From: Mobula hypostoma
Taxonomy: Eukaryota
Direction: 5' to 3'
DNA length: 64,000 nt
NCBI RefSeq assembly: GCF_963921235.1
Contig: NC_086109.1
Coordinates: 21,392,001 to 21,456,000 of the forward strand
Of this stretch, positions 48,725-59,987 are shown piece by piece. How positions within the stretch are numbered: the stretch's first letter is position 1; every line of letters begins with the position of its first letter. The notes under the pieces were generated by a model. It saw only the letters and a list, made by a program, of their open reading frames with translations, was not told the origin of the DNA and made no database searches. A program made the translations under genes and the position numbers.

Positions 48725-49335
48725 AGTTTTTTGAGGTTCTCCATTGGTCAGGGTCGACCAGGGATGTCGCGTCCTAACTATCAATGTGATACGCAGGCCA
48801 GTATGCACGCAAGGGCAGTTCGATATGGAGAGCAAGCTATTGCCCATGTGGCAGGCTCCTGCTCCGCATGCAGCTGGTGAATCCAAAGGAACGGTAGAGA
48901 CCGATACAGTTTGGAAACCCTGCTGCCACAGGAGTCGCCAGTCAGCGTTGAACTCAAGGTCAGACTGCCTTTAGGACTCCAGCTCCGGAGTTTTCCTCGG
49001 GGTTTACTCCCAAAGCCTTCCTTGTGAGTGAGTATAGCTGCAAGGCAGTGGAGTTTTGAGATCAGAGCTTTCTTTCGCCTGGATGAGCTGCCAATCATGG
49101 CTGATGAGCCCCATCTGCATGTAGCGACTTGTTTTAAGGTGCCAGTAACCCAATTTTGCCCCGTCTCCTGTCAGTAGAAATGGTTCTGTCAGGCTTAGTA
49201 GCTAAGCCGCAAGTGAGGGCCATGACCTGGACTTGGTTGTCAGAGGCTATTTGAGACACACACCTTTGGGAGCACTTAATAGGTAGTGGGACCTTAAACC
49301 CACTACCAACTTTGGCTGTAACAACCTTAATAAAC
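48725..49335 (-). mobile_element. RTE-derived dispersed repeat inserted in the CR1
   Basis: Shares the ggagtaaaccc...ggagtcc..aaggca block with 24640; its left end recurs at 52788-52878; degenerate flanks aaagaagaggt / aaaccggaggt; two hairpins near its 5' end. Confidence 0.5.
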
Positions 49336-51320
49336 CGGAGGTTAATAGTTTCCTGATTTATAAGGTGGTTAAAAGTTATGTGGAGAAGGCAGGAGAATGG
49401 GGTTGCAAGGTATAATAAAAGAGCCATGGTAGAATAGCAGCACAGACTTGATGGGCTGAATAGCCTTATTCCGCTCCTATGTCTTATGGTCTATCTCCGT
49501 ATCTTGGAGACACAAGAGATGGCGGAATCTGGTGCAAGGCACATGATCTTGGAAGAACTCAGCAAGCCAGACCATATCTGTGGAGGGAAATGAGCAGTTG
49601 AGTTCTGGGTCAAGAGCATTTCTCTGGGCTATATCTTGCCTTGCTTCAAAAACATCTCCTTAAAAGATACAATGGGTGCTTACTCTATCACTCTCAGCAC
49701 AACAATAAAAAAGATTTACTCCAAACTATTTTCAGTAACTCAGGAGCTTTGATAACATAACCCTGTTCAAATCTTGCCTTTGATGCCTGATGCCTTTTCC
49801 TTCTTTTAGTCATAGAGTTATAAAGAGAGTTGGCATGGAAACAGGTTCTTCAGTCCAGTGATTCCGGACCCATCATTACCCATCAGTATTCCCGTTTTTA
49901 TTCTCTGCACATTCTCATCACCCCCATCTATTTATAGACTATGAGCAAATTAGGCACAAACCAAGCTCATGCCTTTGGCACATGGGAGATAGCCAGTCCA
50001 CCTAGAAGAAAGACAGAAGAACCTACAAACTCCATTGGGCAGCACTCAAGGTCAGGATTGAACCTAAGTCTCTGGCACTCGCTGCACCACTGTGCTGCCT
50101 ATCTCGTGGGCATTCCTTCTTTCTGAAACATACTGGCTCTTATTCTTCTGTGTGCCTGTGGTGACGAGGTGGGACGTGCATGCTTGTAAGGATGGAGGAG
50201 TCTATCAAACTCCTGACTTACCAAAACCAAGCCATGATAGTCCTTTAATCAATCACAACACGTTTTCCAGCAGAAGTTCATGGTCAGTTGCTGGCAAATG
50301 TGTTGTGATTGGTTAAAGGACAATCATGGCTTGGTGTTAGTTTAGCAGATTTTAGTTATTGTGAGCACCTTCCCATCTAGGATGATCTTTTCTGAAGCAT
50401 ATCCGTTCACTTCGTACAGATCTAGAAGATGAATTTGTTATTCTCTAGCCTTCAAAGTGATATCAAATAGGTGATATAGTCCACGGCAGAGTAGAGACAT
50501 ATAGTCTGAAAAAAAGAGGTTAAATGGATGGATAGAATCTATTATTCGATATTGGAAATGGATTATAGAAGGAGATTAAATGGATAAACCAGAGTACCTG
50601 ACTTATACACATTACATTGTTGGGGGGGGGGTAACTTTCTCCCACCTACATACAATTTAATCCCAATGAATAACCTAGGGTTTTATTGATCTTAATTTCG
50701 GTTGTTGCAATGAAGTGGTTCTAAATGTACTTATTATTTTAATTTATGAAGAGGCAGTTTGCACCTACTAAGAAACAAATAACTCAGCACAATTGCAACT
50801 TACACGCCTGATGTACTGAGAAAGTGCTGGCTCAGGCGGGGCCCTGTTTCTGTGCATCTTGCATGAAATTGCAAATGGAATTTAATTTGCTGTGTCTATC
50901 CAGTAGGATCAGGTTAAAATGATTAATATGAGGTTGGATGTTGTCATGGTGTAACTCATTACTTCTGAGGAGCTCTCACCAGCATCATCAAACAGGCAGA
51001 TATCTCAGCTCCTTCTTCCTCCCACTTCCCTCTCACTTTTAGGGGCAGGTGTAGACTCCAAAACTTGGAATCCGTCAGCCCTGGAGCCAATCTATTTTCC
51101 TTTGAGCTTGCATTTGAAAATTTATGGTGCTGACCGATATTGTACATAAAACATTGAGCAATACGACACAGGACCATGGACTGTGGACTTTCTCAGTCTT
51201 GCGTTTTTTTTATATTCTGTGTTTTCGCCTGTTCTTTCGTGTTGCTGTGTTGTTCGTTTTTTTGTGCACGGGGAAGGGGCTTGGGGGGGCGTTGATGATC
51301 ATGTCGCTGTTCTTTTTTTT

Positions 51321-51982
51321 GTGGGGGGGCGGGGTGGTTTTGATGTTTTTTTGTGCGGGGTGGGGTGGGTTTGATGTTTTTTTTGCGGGGCGGGGTGGGG
51401 TTGATGTTTTTTTGTGGGGGATGGGGTGGGTTTGATGTTTTTTTGTGCGGGGTGGGGTGGGTTTGATGTTTTTTGTGCGGGGCGGGGTGGGGTTGATGTT
51501 TTTTGTGGGGGGCGGGGTGGGTTTGATGTTTTTTTGTGCGGGGCGGGGTGGGTTTGATGTTTTTTTGTGCGGGGCGGGGTGGGTTTGATGTTTTTTTGTG
51601 GGGGATGGGGTGGGTTTGATGTTTTTTTGTGCGGGGCGGGGTGGGTTTGATGTTTTTTTGTGGGGGGCGGGATGGTTTTGATGTTTTTTTGTGCGGGGCG
51701 GGGTGAGGTTGATGTTTTTTTGTGGGGGATGGGGTGGGTTTGATGTTTTTTGTGCGGGGCGGGGTGGGGTTGATGTTTTTTTGGGCGGGGCGGGGTGGGG
51801 TTGATGTTTTTTTGTGCGGGGCGGGGTGGGTTTGATGTTTTTTTGTGCGGGGTGGGGTTGATGTTTTTTGTGCGGGGCGGGGTGGGTTTGATGTTTTTTT
51901 GTGCGGGGTGGGGTTGATGTTTTTTTGTGTGGGGTGGGTTTGATGTTTTTTTCTGCGGGGCGGGGTGGGTTTGATGTTTTTT
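51321..51982. repeat. G/T-rich minisatellite, 22 units of mostly 30-31 bp (gtgcggggcggggtgggtttgatgttttttt)
   Basis: 22 tgatg-T-run units counted directly; source of the three overlapping K/P/T/H-rich ORFs. Confidence 0.97.
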
Positions 51983-52087
51983 CTTTGAACGACTTCCACG
52001 GTTTTCTTTGTTTCGAGACTGTCTGGAGAAGATGAATCTCAGAGTTGTATAATGCATACATACTTTGATAATAAATGAACTTTTAGT

Positions 52088-52390
52088 ACAGGCCTTTAGG
52101 ACCATGACCTTTTAACCTACTCTAAGATCAATCTAACCCTTCCCTTCCATATAGCCCTTCATTCTTCTATCATCTGTGTGCCCATCTAAGAGCCTCTTGA
52201 ATATCCCTGATATATCTAACCCTACCACCGCCTCTGGCAGCACGTTCCATGCACTCCCAGACCATCTGTGTAAAAAACTTACCTCTGACATCTCCCTTTA
52301 ACTTTCCTCCAATCACCTTAAAATTATGCGCCCTCCAGAACTGGGAAAATGTCTCTGGCGGTCCAAACGACCTATGCCTCTAATCAATCT
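52088..52390 (-). mobile_element. CR1 3' end
   Basis: gtacaggcctt, ctctaagatcaatctaacccttccc, aaaaacttacctctgacatctcc. Confidence 0.8.
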
Positions 52391-53937
52391 ATGATATGAT
52401 TCAAAAATTCAGGCATGACATTGAAGGAGTGTGCAGCTTATGTGGAAAGTGGACAGGAGCCATGTGCTGAGGTATGTGATATATTCTTTGCTTCTGAGAA
52501 TACAGGCCAGTAAAACTGATCAATCATAATAATAGCTGTGGCTAGAACAGGAAATTCCCCTATGCCACTCAGACCATATATTAGTTTTGAGAGCTGCAAG
52601 GTGTGGGAGTTGAGCTGGAAGAGGCAGTGGAGCTAGAAGCAGAAGTATTTGGAGCAGCCAGCAGGGAATCAGCAGCTCTCAATGGGTTGGATGTGTATCA
52701 CACTCTATCGGGGCTGCCACTAGAGATTGTGATTCAGGGACGTCTGACCTTCAAGTGTGAACCAATGACATGTACTTGTACCTCCGAGGGTCAGGGTCGA
52801 CCATGAATATTGTGTCCCAGCCGTTCTATGTGATACGTAAGCTCGTACGCAAGCCAGGGCAGTACGACGCGGAGAGCAGGAGAGCACTCTTCACTGGGAG
52901 AGGAAGCGGTTAAAACTGTTTGCAAACACACCTGCCAGTTACGCTGGGCACACGCTGAGTACCCGCCTGGGGCGCCGTCTGGTCCCGCAGCCTTGCAGCT
53001 GTCCACTTGTTGGAAATATTTGCGTACTTCAGCCTGAAAGATGGCCAAGGTGCAGGTCACATGGACAGCTCTCCTCGGGGGCTCAGTGTGGCGACATTGA
53101 GCCAAGCATAAAAAAGATTTAGTTCATCTGGGAGAGAGCCAACGATGTTGGCATCACCACTGCATTTAGCTTTGAAGTCTGCAATGGCGTACAGACCTTG
53201 CCATAAGCTGTGTGTGTTGTTGGTGGAGAGTTAAATCTGGATCTTGTCCCTGTATTGTCGCTTCACTCCTTGATGACCTTGCGTAGATCGTAGCTGCATT
53301 TCTTGAGTACCTGGTGGTTACCAGAAGCGAAAACTCCATCTCACGTGGTGAGTACAGCAAGCACAGAACTTTCGATCCAGGGTTTCTGGTTTGTTTGTAT
53401 AGACCCTGACACACTTCTGGATAAAGCTCGTGATCCCTTCCGTGAACTCGGAGACGTCCTCATCACGAAAAACATTCCAGTTGACGTCATCGAAGCAGAC
53501 CTGCAGCATGGTCTGATTGGTCTGATCAACAGTGGACTGTTTTAACCATGGCCACCTCTTCTTTCAGCTTCTGCCTGTACACAGGCAGTAAAAAGATGAA
53601 GGAATGGTCAGACTTCCCAATCGGTGGACGGAGCAGCGCTTTGTAAGTGTTGCGGAAGGGAGAGTAGCAGTTAGCGAGTATGCTATCTCCCTGTGTGCTC
53701 ACCTGGATGTATTGAGCAAACTTTGGAGAGACTTTAGTCAGCGACGCTCGATTAAAGTCTCCAACAATAATGAAAGCAGCCTCCTAGTGTACGGTCTCCA
53801 GGGTGTACAGTCTTGTACAGTTCCTTGAGAGCCAGGTCAGTATCAGCCTGCAGCGGAATAGACACAGCTGAGATAAGCAACACACATCAAAGTTGCCGGT
53901 GAATGCAACAGGCCAGGCAGCATCTCTAGGAAGAGTT

Positions 53938-53979
53938 ACAGTCGACGTTTCAGGCCGAGACCCTTCGTCAGGACTAACT
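53938..53979 (-). ncRNA. Minimal type-I hammerhead ribozyme motif with intact core
   Basis: Minus strand AGUUAGUC-CUGACGA-AGGGUCUCGGCCU-GAAAC-GUC^GACUG: helix I AGUC/GACU, core CUGANGA and GAAA, helix II stem-loop, GUC cleavage triplet, vestigial palindromic helix III (ACGU). Confidence 0.85.
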
Positions 53980-54284
53980 GAAGAAAGAGCTAGTAAGAGA
54001 TTTAAAAGTGGGAGGGGGAGGGGGAGATCCAAAATGATAGGAGAAGACAGGAGGGGGAGGGATGGAGCCAAGAGCTGGGCAGGTGATTGGCAAAAAGGAT
54101 ACGACAGGATCATGGGACAGGAGGCCCAGGGAGAAGGAAAAGGGGGAGGGGGGGAAAACCCAGAGGATGGGCAAAGGGTATAGTCAGAGGGACAAAGGGA
54201 GAAAAAGGAGAATGTGTGTATATAAATAAGGGATGGGGTACGAGGGGGAGGTGGGGCATTAGCGGAAGTTAGAGAAGTCAACGT

Positions 54285-56626
54285 TCATGCCATCAGGTTG
54301 GAGGCTACCCAGACGGAATATAAGGTGTTGTTCCTCCAACCTGAGTGTGGCTTCATCTTTACAGTAGAGGAGGCCGTGGATAGACATGTCAGAATGGGAA
54401 TGGGATGTGGAATTAAAATGCGTGGCCACTGGGAGATCCTGCTTTCTCTGGCGGACAGAGCGTAGGTGTTCAGCAAAACGATCTCCCAGTCTGCGTCGGG
54501 TCTCGCCAATATATAGAAGGCCACATCAGGAGCACCAGACGCAGTATATCACCCCAGCCGACTCACAGGTGAAGTGTCGCCTCACCTGGAAGAACTGTCT
54601 GGGGCCCTGAGTGGTGGTAAGGGAGGAAGTGTAAGGGCATATGTAGCACTTGTTCCGTTTACAAGGATAAGTGCCAGGAGGGAGATCAATGGGGAGGGAT
54701 GGGGGGGACGAATGGACAAGGGAGTCGCGTAGGGAGCGATCCCTGCGGAAAGCATGGGGGGGGGGAGGGAAAGATGTGCTTAGTGGTGGGATCCCGTTGG
54801 AGGTGGCAGAAGTTACGGAGAATAATATGTTGGACCCGGAGGCTGGTGGGGTGGTAGGTGAGGACCAGGGGAACCCTATTCCTAGTGGGGTGGCGGGAGG
54901 ATGGAGTGAGAGTAGATGTGCGTGGAATGGGGGGGGGGATGCGTTTGAGAGCAGAGTTGATGGTGGAGGAATGGAAGCCACTTTCTTTAAAAAAGGACAT
55001 CTCCCTCGTCCTAGAATGAAAAGCCTCATCCTGAGAGCAGATGCGGCGGAGACGGAGGAATTGCAAGAAGGGGATGGCATTTTTGCAAGAGATAGGGTGA
55101 GAAGAGGAATAGTCCAGATAGCTGTGAGAGTCAGTAGGCTTATAGTAGACATCAGTAGATAAGCTGTCTCCAGAGATAGAGACAAAAAGATCTAGAAAGG
55201 GGAGGGAGGTGTCGGAAATGGACCAGGTAAACTTGAGGGCATGGTGAAAGTTGGAGGCAAAGTTAATAAAGTCAACGAGCTCAGCATGCGTGCAGGAAGC
55301 AGCGCCAATGCAGTCGTCGATGTAGCGAAGGAAAAGTGGGGGACAGATACCAGAATAGGTACGGAACATAGATTGTTCCACAAAGCCAACAAAAAGGCAG
55401 GCATAGCTCGGACCCATGCGGGTGCCCATAGCTACACCTTTAGTTTGGAGGAAGTAGGAGGAGCCAAAGGAGAAATTATTAAGAGTAAGGACTAATTCCG
55501 CTAGACGGAGCAGAGTGGTGGTAGAGGGGAACTGATTAGGTCTGGAATCCAAAAAGAAGTGGAGAGCTTTGAGACCTTCCTGATGGGGGATGGAAGTATA
55601 TAGGGACTGGACATCCATGGTGAAAATAACGCGGTGGGGGCCAGGGAACTTAAAATCATCGAAAAGTTTAAGAGCGTGAGAAGTGTCACGAACATAGGTC
55701 GGAAGGAATTGAACAAGGGGGGATAAAACCATGTCGAGATATGCAGAAACGAGTTTGGTGGGGCAGGAGCAAGCTGAGACAATAGGTCTGCCAGGACAGG
55801 CAAGTTTGTGGATCTTGGGTAGGAGGTAGAAACGGGAAGTGCGAGGTGTGGGAACTAGAAGGTTGGTAGCAGTGGATGGGAGATCCCCTGAGCGGATAAA
55901 GTCGGTGATGGTGTGGGAGACAATGGCCTGGTGCTCCTTCGTGGGGTCACGATCGAGGGGTAAATAAGAGGAGGTATCCGCGAGTTGTCGCTGTGCCTCG
56001 GCAAGGTAGAGGTCAGTGCGCGAGACTACAACAGCACCCCCCTTATCGGTGGGTTTTATAGTAAGGTTAGGATTAGTGCGGAGGGAGTGGAGAGCAGAGC
56101 GTTCCGAAAGAGTGAGGTTGGAATTGGAACAAGGTGCGGTGAAGTCGAGACGGCTGATGTCCCGTCGGCAGTTAGCAATAAAGAGATCCAGGGCAAGCAG
56201 AAGACCAGAGCGAGGTGTCCATGAAGAGGAGGAGGGTTGAAGAGGGGAGAAGGGGTCATTGGTGGGGGTGGAAGAGTCCTTGCCGAAGACGTAGGCTCGG
56301 AGACGGAGATGGCGGAAGAACAGTTCCGCATCATGGTAAATGCGGAACTCGCTGAGGTGTGGGCGAAGGGGGACATAGGTGAGGCCCTTACTGAGGACAG
56401 AGCGTTCTGCCTCAGACAGTTGAAGGTCGGAGGGGATGGTAAAGACCCGGCACGGATGAGAGCTGGGATCAGAGGGGGGAGTGGGGAGGTTGGGGGGTGT
56501 CAGTGGAGAGGGTGAGAGGAAGATGGAGCCTCTGAGGGCCCAGGAGCTGACGGTGGGATCTGAGGGAGACGGGGATGCAGAGTGGTGGTGGGGGAAGGGG
56601 AGACGGGAGTCACAGTAGCAGCACAT
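54285..56626 (-). pseudogene. Penelope RT / GIY-YIG endonuclease ORF, disrupted
   Basis: 646-codon open frame with LSKGL, IKPTDKGGAVVV, YLLPKIHK..PGRPIVS, TMDVQSLYTSIP, QTKGVAMG, FLRYIDD, LPFLD, VYYKPT; frameshift at the G-run near 54760 into PCKRNKCYIC linker and GVIYCVWCS*CGLLYIGET; premature stop at about 54526. Confidence 0.95.
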
Positions 56627-57539
56627 GAAGACCCAGCCTGGAGTTCAAGGCTGGAGTCGCAGTTGGTGGTTGCGCAGTCGCTTTGAAGATATCCATTGTC
56701 GTTGCTGGAGTCCGGGTTTTGAATATGTCCTGAGGTGTTGGAGCCGGCGAGATCAATGGCAGAGGCCGCAATCTGAAATTCATGCCTGCTAGTGTCCGGG
56801 CCAGCAGGCTCTGGGGTCTGCAGATGTAGGATTTTGCAATCTTTGCCCAACATGAAAATAAGATGACAATAAGCTGAGATAATAACAGCTATGAACTCCC
56901 TGGGCCAAAAGCAGCCCAAGGTACTCCAGATCCAAAGATCAAAAGGATTTGAGGGCATGCACATTCTGGGGGGTCGCACCAAGCATTATTGACCATGAAG
57001 CATTCCCCACCTCCTTTACTCTTCCCAGAGAGGTTTTCAGACCCGTCCGCCCAGAACAGGGAGAACCCAGAGGGCTTGATGGTGTGAGCCGGTATCTCCT
57101 CCATTAACCAGGTCTCACGAAGCACAAAACGTTACATTCCTTTGTCTCCCGCTGATAGAGATTCTGGCTCTCAGTTCACACAGCTTCTTGCCCAGGGACT
57201 GAACATTAGCCAGGTGTATGCTTGGAAGCAGCGGCTGATTAGCATGCCATCTCAACCTCGCCAGGGTGCCGGCCCCTCTCCCTTGCCTCCATCGCTGCTT
57301 CCGAAGTAGCGACGGTGTACTAAATGAGCCTCCCATGGATCTGGGATCGCAGTGTAGAAAAGGCGGCATGTTGTAGGTAAATGCTGTCTTCCCGATGTTC
57401 AGACAAGTCAATCGATTATATCTGATGTGAAGATCAGCTTCTTGAACAAGAAATGCAAAGAGGTTGCAGAAATGAGCAGTACACAGTAAAATTGGTATGG
57501 TGCTCGCAACACAGCTGCCATACATGGCGCCGTCTTGGC

Positions 57540-57716
57540 CCTAATGCCCAATTAACCTACTAACTGCTACATCTTTGGACTGTGGGAGGAAACCGGAGCA
57601 CTTGGAGGAAACCCATGCTGTCACAGGGAGAATGTACAAACTCCTCACAGGCAGTGATGGGAATTGAACCCAGGTCACTGGTACTGTAAAGCGTTGTGCT
57701 AAACCACTACGCCAGC
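57540..57716 (-). mobile_element. V-SINE-like element
   Basis: tctttggactgtgggaggaaaccggagcac, gggaattgaaccc, gtgctaaaccactac. Confidence 0.85.
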
Positions 57717-57789
57717 ATGCCGGATAGGACTACAAAGTCTTGAGAAACCGCATGCTATTTGGTGATAGAGTGAATCTGAATTGAAGTGC

Positions 57790-58215
57790 TACTCGCAGAT
57801 CATCAGCTCAATGAAGGACACCCTTTGGTCTGCCCAGAGCTTGCTAGTCAGCCAGCACATGGAGATGTCCGTGGAGGAATGCTGCCAGTGGGCGCATTCC
57901 AGACTGCAGAAGGACGTGCTGATGGTCACACTGAAGCTTAGTGCGGACACTGTAAGGGCTCGATGGGGAAGGACCACAGTATAGGGTTATTCTGCTGCTG
58001 GAGAGGGAGAGGTCAGGGTGGGCGAGCAAGCCCCTCAACTACTGTAGCAGTACACAGGGACACATCAGTGCCAGCAGTACTATGGATGTGTAGGAAGCTA
58101 ATAGAACAGTACAAAATGCTTTGACTATGAATGTACAGAATGAAAAAGTATAGCACAGTTTATTCTTGTAAATATGTATTTTTTATTATGAATAATGTTT
58201 TTTGAGTAAACAAAT
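57790..58215 (+). mobile_element. Tx1/L1-clade 3' end
   Basis: ISSMKDTLWSAQSLLV..ECCQWAHSRLQKDVL..LKL..ARWGRTTV; 3' UTR matches 42670-42900. Confidence 0.75.
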
Positions 58216-58409
58216 CTGAATTCATAATAAATTCAACACACAGACTGAAAGCGCTGGTACTCGAGCACAGGAGACCTAAAGACCAGTGTATGCTGATTGC
58301 TGACAATAAGCTGCTTCAGTGGGAAAGGTGTAAAATGATGTTTTAGACCGAATCAGTTAACACCAGGAAACTTGGTGTTTATGATAAACTTCATGAGCTC
58401 TAGTTTTAA

Positions 58410-58725
58410 AAGCAAAGTTGCTGGACATTTCAGGGGAGAAATACCTACTGACAGGGGGTATAACTTCAAGGAAACTATAGGGGCAATGTCAGAGAGAGGT
58501 TTTTTTTTTAACACAGAGAGTGGCAGGCGCATGGAATGCATTGCCAGCGATGGTGGCTGAGGCAGATACTCTAGAGACATTTAAGAGACTCTTACATCAG
58601 CACATGGAAGAAAGAAAAATGGAGGGTATATTTGATAGAAGGGTTAGATTGGGTTAGAGTAGGTTAAAAGGCCAGCACAACATTATGGGCCAATGGTCCT
58701 ATACAGTACTATAATGTCCTACTTT
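58410..58725 (+). mobile_element. CR1 3' end
   Basis: ttttttaacacagagagtgg..gcatggaatgcattgcc, gagacatttaagagactc, gggttagatt. Confidence 0.75.
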
Positions 58726-58833
58726 CAAGCTGTTCTCCAGGGCAATCAATATTATCGAAATTAAGCACAGAGGAAAATGTGATAAAACAAAAGTCATAAT
58801 GGAATCTAAGAAAGCAATCTAATTAATGTAGTA

Positions 58834-58983
58834 ACACACATAAAAGTTGCTGGTGAAGGGTCTCGGCCCGAAACGTCGACTGTACCTCTTCCTATAGATG
58901 CTGCCTGGCCTGCTGCGTTCACCAGCAACTTTTATGTGTGTTGCTTGAAATTCCAGCATCTGCAGGTTTCCTCGTGTTTTGCG
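58834..58983 (+). mobile_element. 150-bp Penelope terminal-repeat insertion with inverted 5' arm and 14-bp TSD
   Basis: TSD taattaat(g/a)tagta at 58820-58833 and 58984-58997; perfect 25-bp inverted arms 58833-58857 / 58918-58942. Confidence 0.92.
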
Positions 58984-59987
58984 TAATTAATATAGTATCC
59001 TTAATTAGTGTGATTGCTCTTGAGGCTGTTTTATGCTGTGGGCGGTGGCAGTTGGGGGGTGGTTTTGGGGTCTGTGAGCTTTGTTTCTTTTTTTCTGTGC
59101 TGGCTGGGGGGAATTGATATCTTTTTTTTCATCAGCCTCCATGGTCTTTCTGTATTTAATAGCTATCTGGAGTAGACAAATATCAGAGTTGTTTTATACA
59201 TGCACACTTTGATGATAAAATGAATTTTTGTACCTGTGAGTACTTGAGGCTTGGTTTCCTATTACCAAGTCCCAATCAGCACTTGCCCTTGGTTTTGAAA
59301 GCACTAACAATAGACCACTGAAGGATGAATGAGCTGTGGCACTTATCACCTCCCTGTTATGAAGCAGGAGCTTCTCAACAAAAGACGTATCACTCGATGA
59401 AGTGGCGGAGAGATTGGAGATTCTCTTTAACCCAACACCTTTGGAGATTGTAGAAAGTTACAGAAACCAAAGGTCAGGCAGAGCATTCAGTGATTACAGT
59501 ACACGCTTGTGTTGATGGGTCTCTCTTGACATTGTAATTTTTGTTCAATCAGGCTTGGTGGGGCAAGTTGTTGTTCAGTTTAACAGATGAGCAACAACAA
59601 TCTATAATTATAAAATGTAGATGTAAAGTCACCGCATCAATGACAATAGTTTCCAAACAAAGTATATTGGCCAGTTCATAATGTCAGTGTTAATGCTATT
59701 TATAGGGAAAGCAGTAATCATATAAGCAGGAGCTCAACACAAAGCAAGAATCACATGAGAAAAACTTGACGTAAAAGACGAGCAGTGGGAAGAGCTACTA
59801 CCAGTGTATTTCAACTCTGGTAGGGTAACTTAGAGTGGTTAAAATTTTCAGCTGCAAAACAAAAGAGGAAGCACCCTCTGTGTTCAGGCCAGACCAAGGG
59901 CTGTAAGACCAAATAATGTTAGCCAGGTAAGTTTTCAGTGTAAGGGTAACAGTAATAACAGAACATCAGAAAAGAGAAGGTTGAACA

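Larger units (their letters stand above)
48040..49492 (+). mobile_element. CR1 3' fragment hosting two insertions
   Basis: CR1 pieces 48040-48201, 48598-48721 and 49340-49492 rejoin into a sequence colinear with 34970-35385. Confidence 0.85.
53877..56871 (-). mobile_element. Young 5'-truncated Penelope-like element (Neptune type)
   Basis: 11-bp TSD agctgagataa (53866-53876, 56872-56882); RT plus GIY-YIG; purine/pyrimidine-skewed terminal repeat with hammerhead; many CpGs retained. Confidence 0.95.
52880..57537 (-). mobile_element. Rex1/Babar LINE (5' UTR, endonuclease, start of RT; 3'-truncated), split by the Penelope element
   Basis: 5' aagacggcgcc; LPSIHLANVQSL, ETWL, GKSKGGGECFMVNNAWC, PREFIAVIISA|VSIPLQADTDLAL, NQKPWI, KAAGPDG; halves rejoin in frame across the TSD. 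Confidence 0.9.

Noticed and set aside
49190..49335. Twister or HDV ribozyme at the 5' end of the RTE-derived insert
   Set aside because: Two hairpins (ggtagtggg/cccactacc, ggcttag/ctaagcc) are visible but I could not fit a full catalytic consensus
51321..51982. CRISPR-like periodicity
   Set aside because: Units are contiguous with no unique spacers, there are no cas genes, and the context is vertebrate
51193..52105. Three overlapping 268-283 aa K/P/T/H-rich ORFs
   Set aside because: All three minus frames are open only because the minisatellite lacks stop codons; variable T-run lengths show no frame constraint
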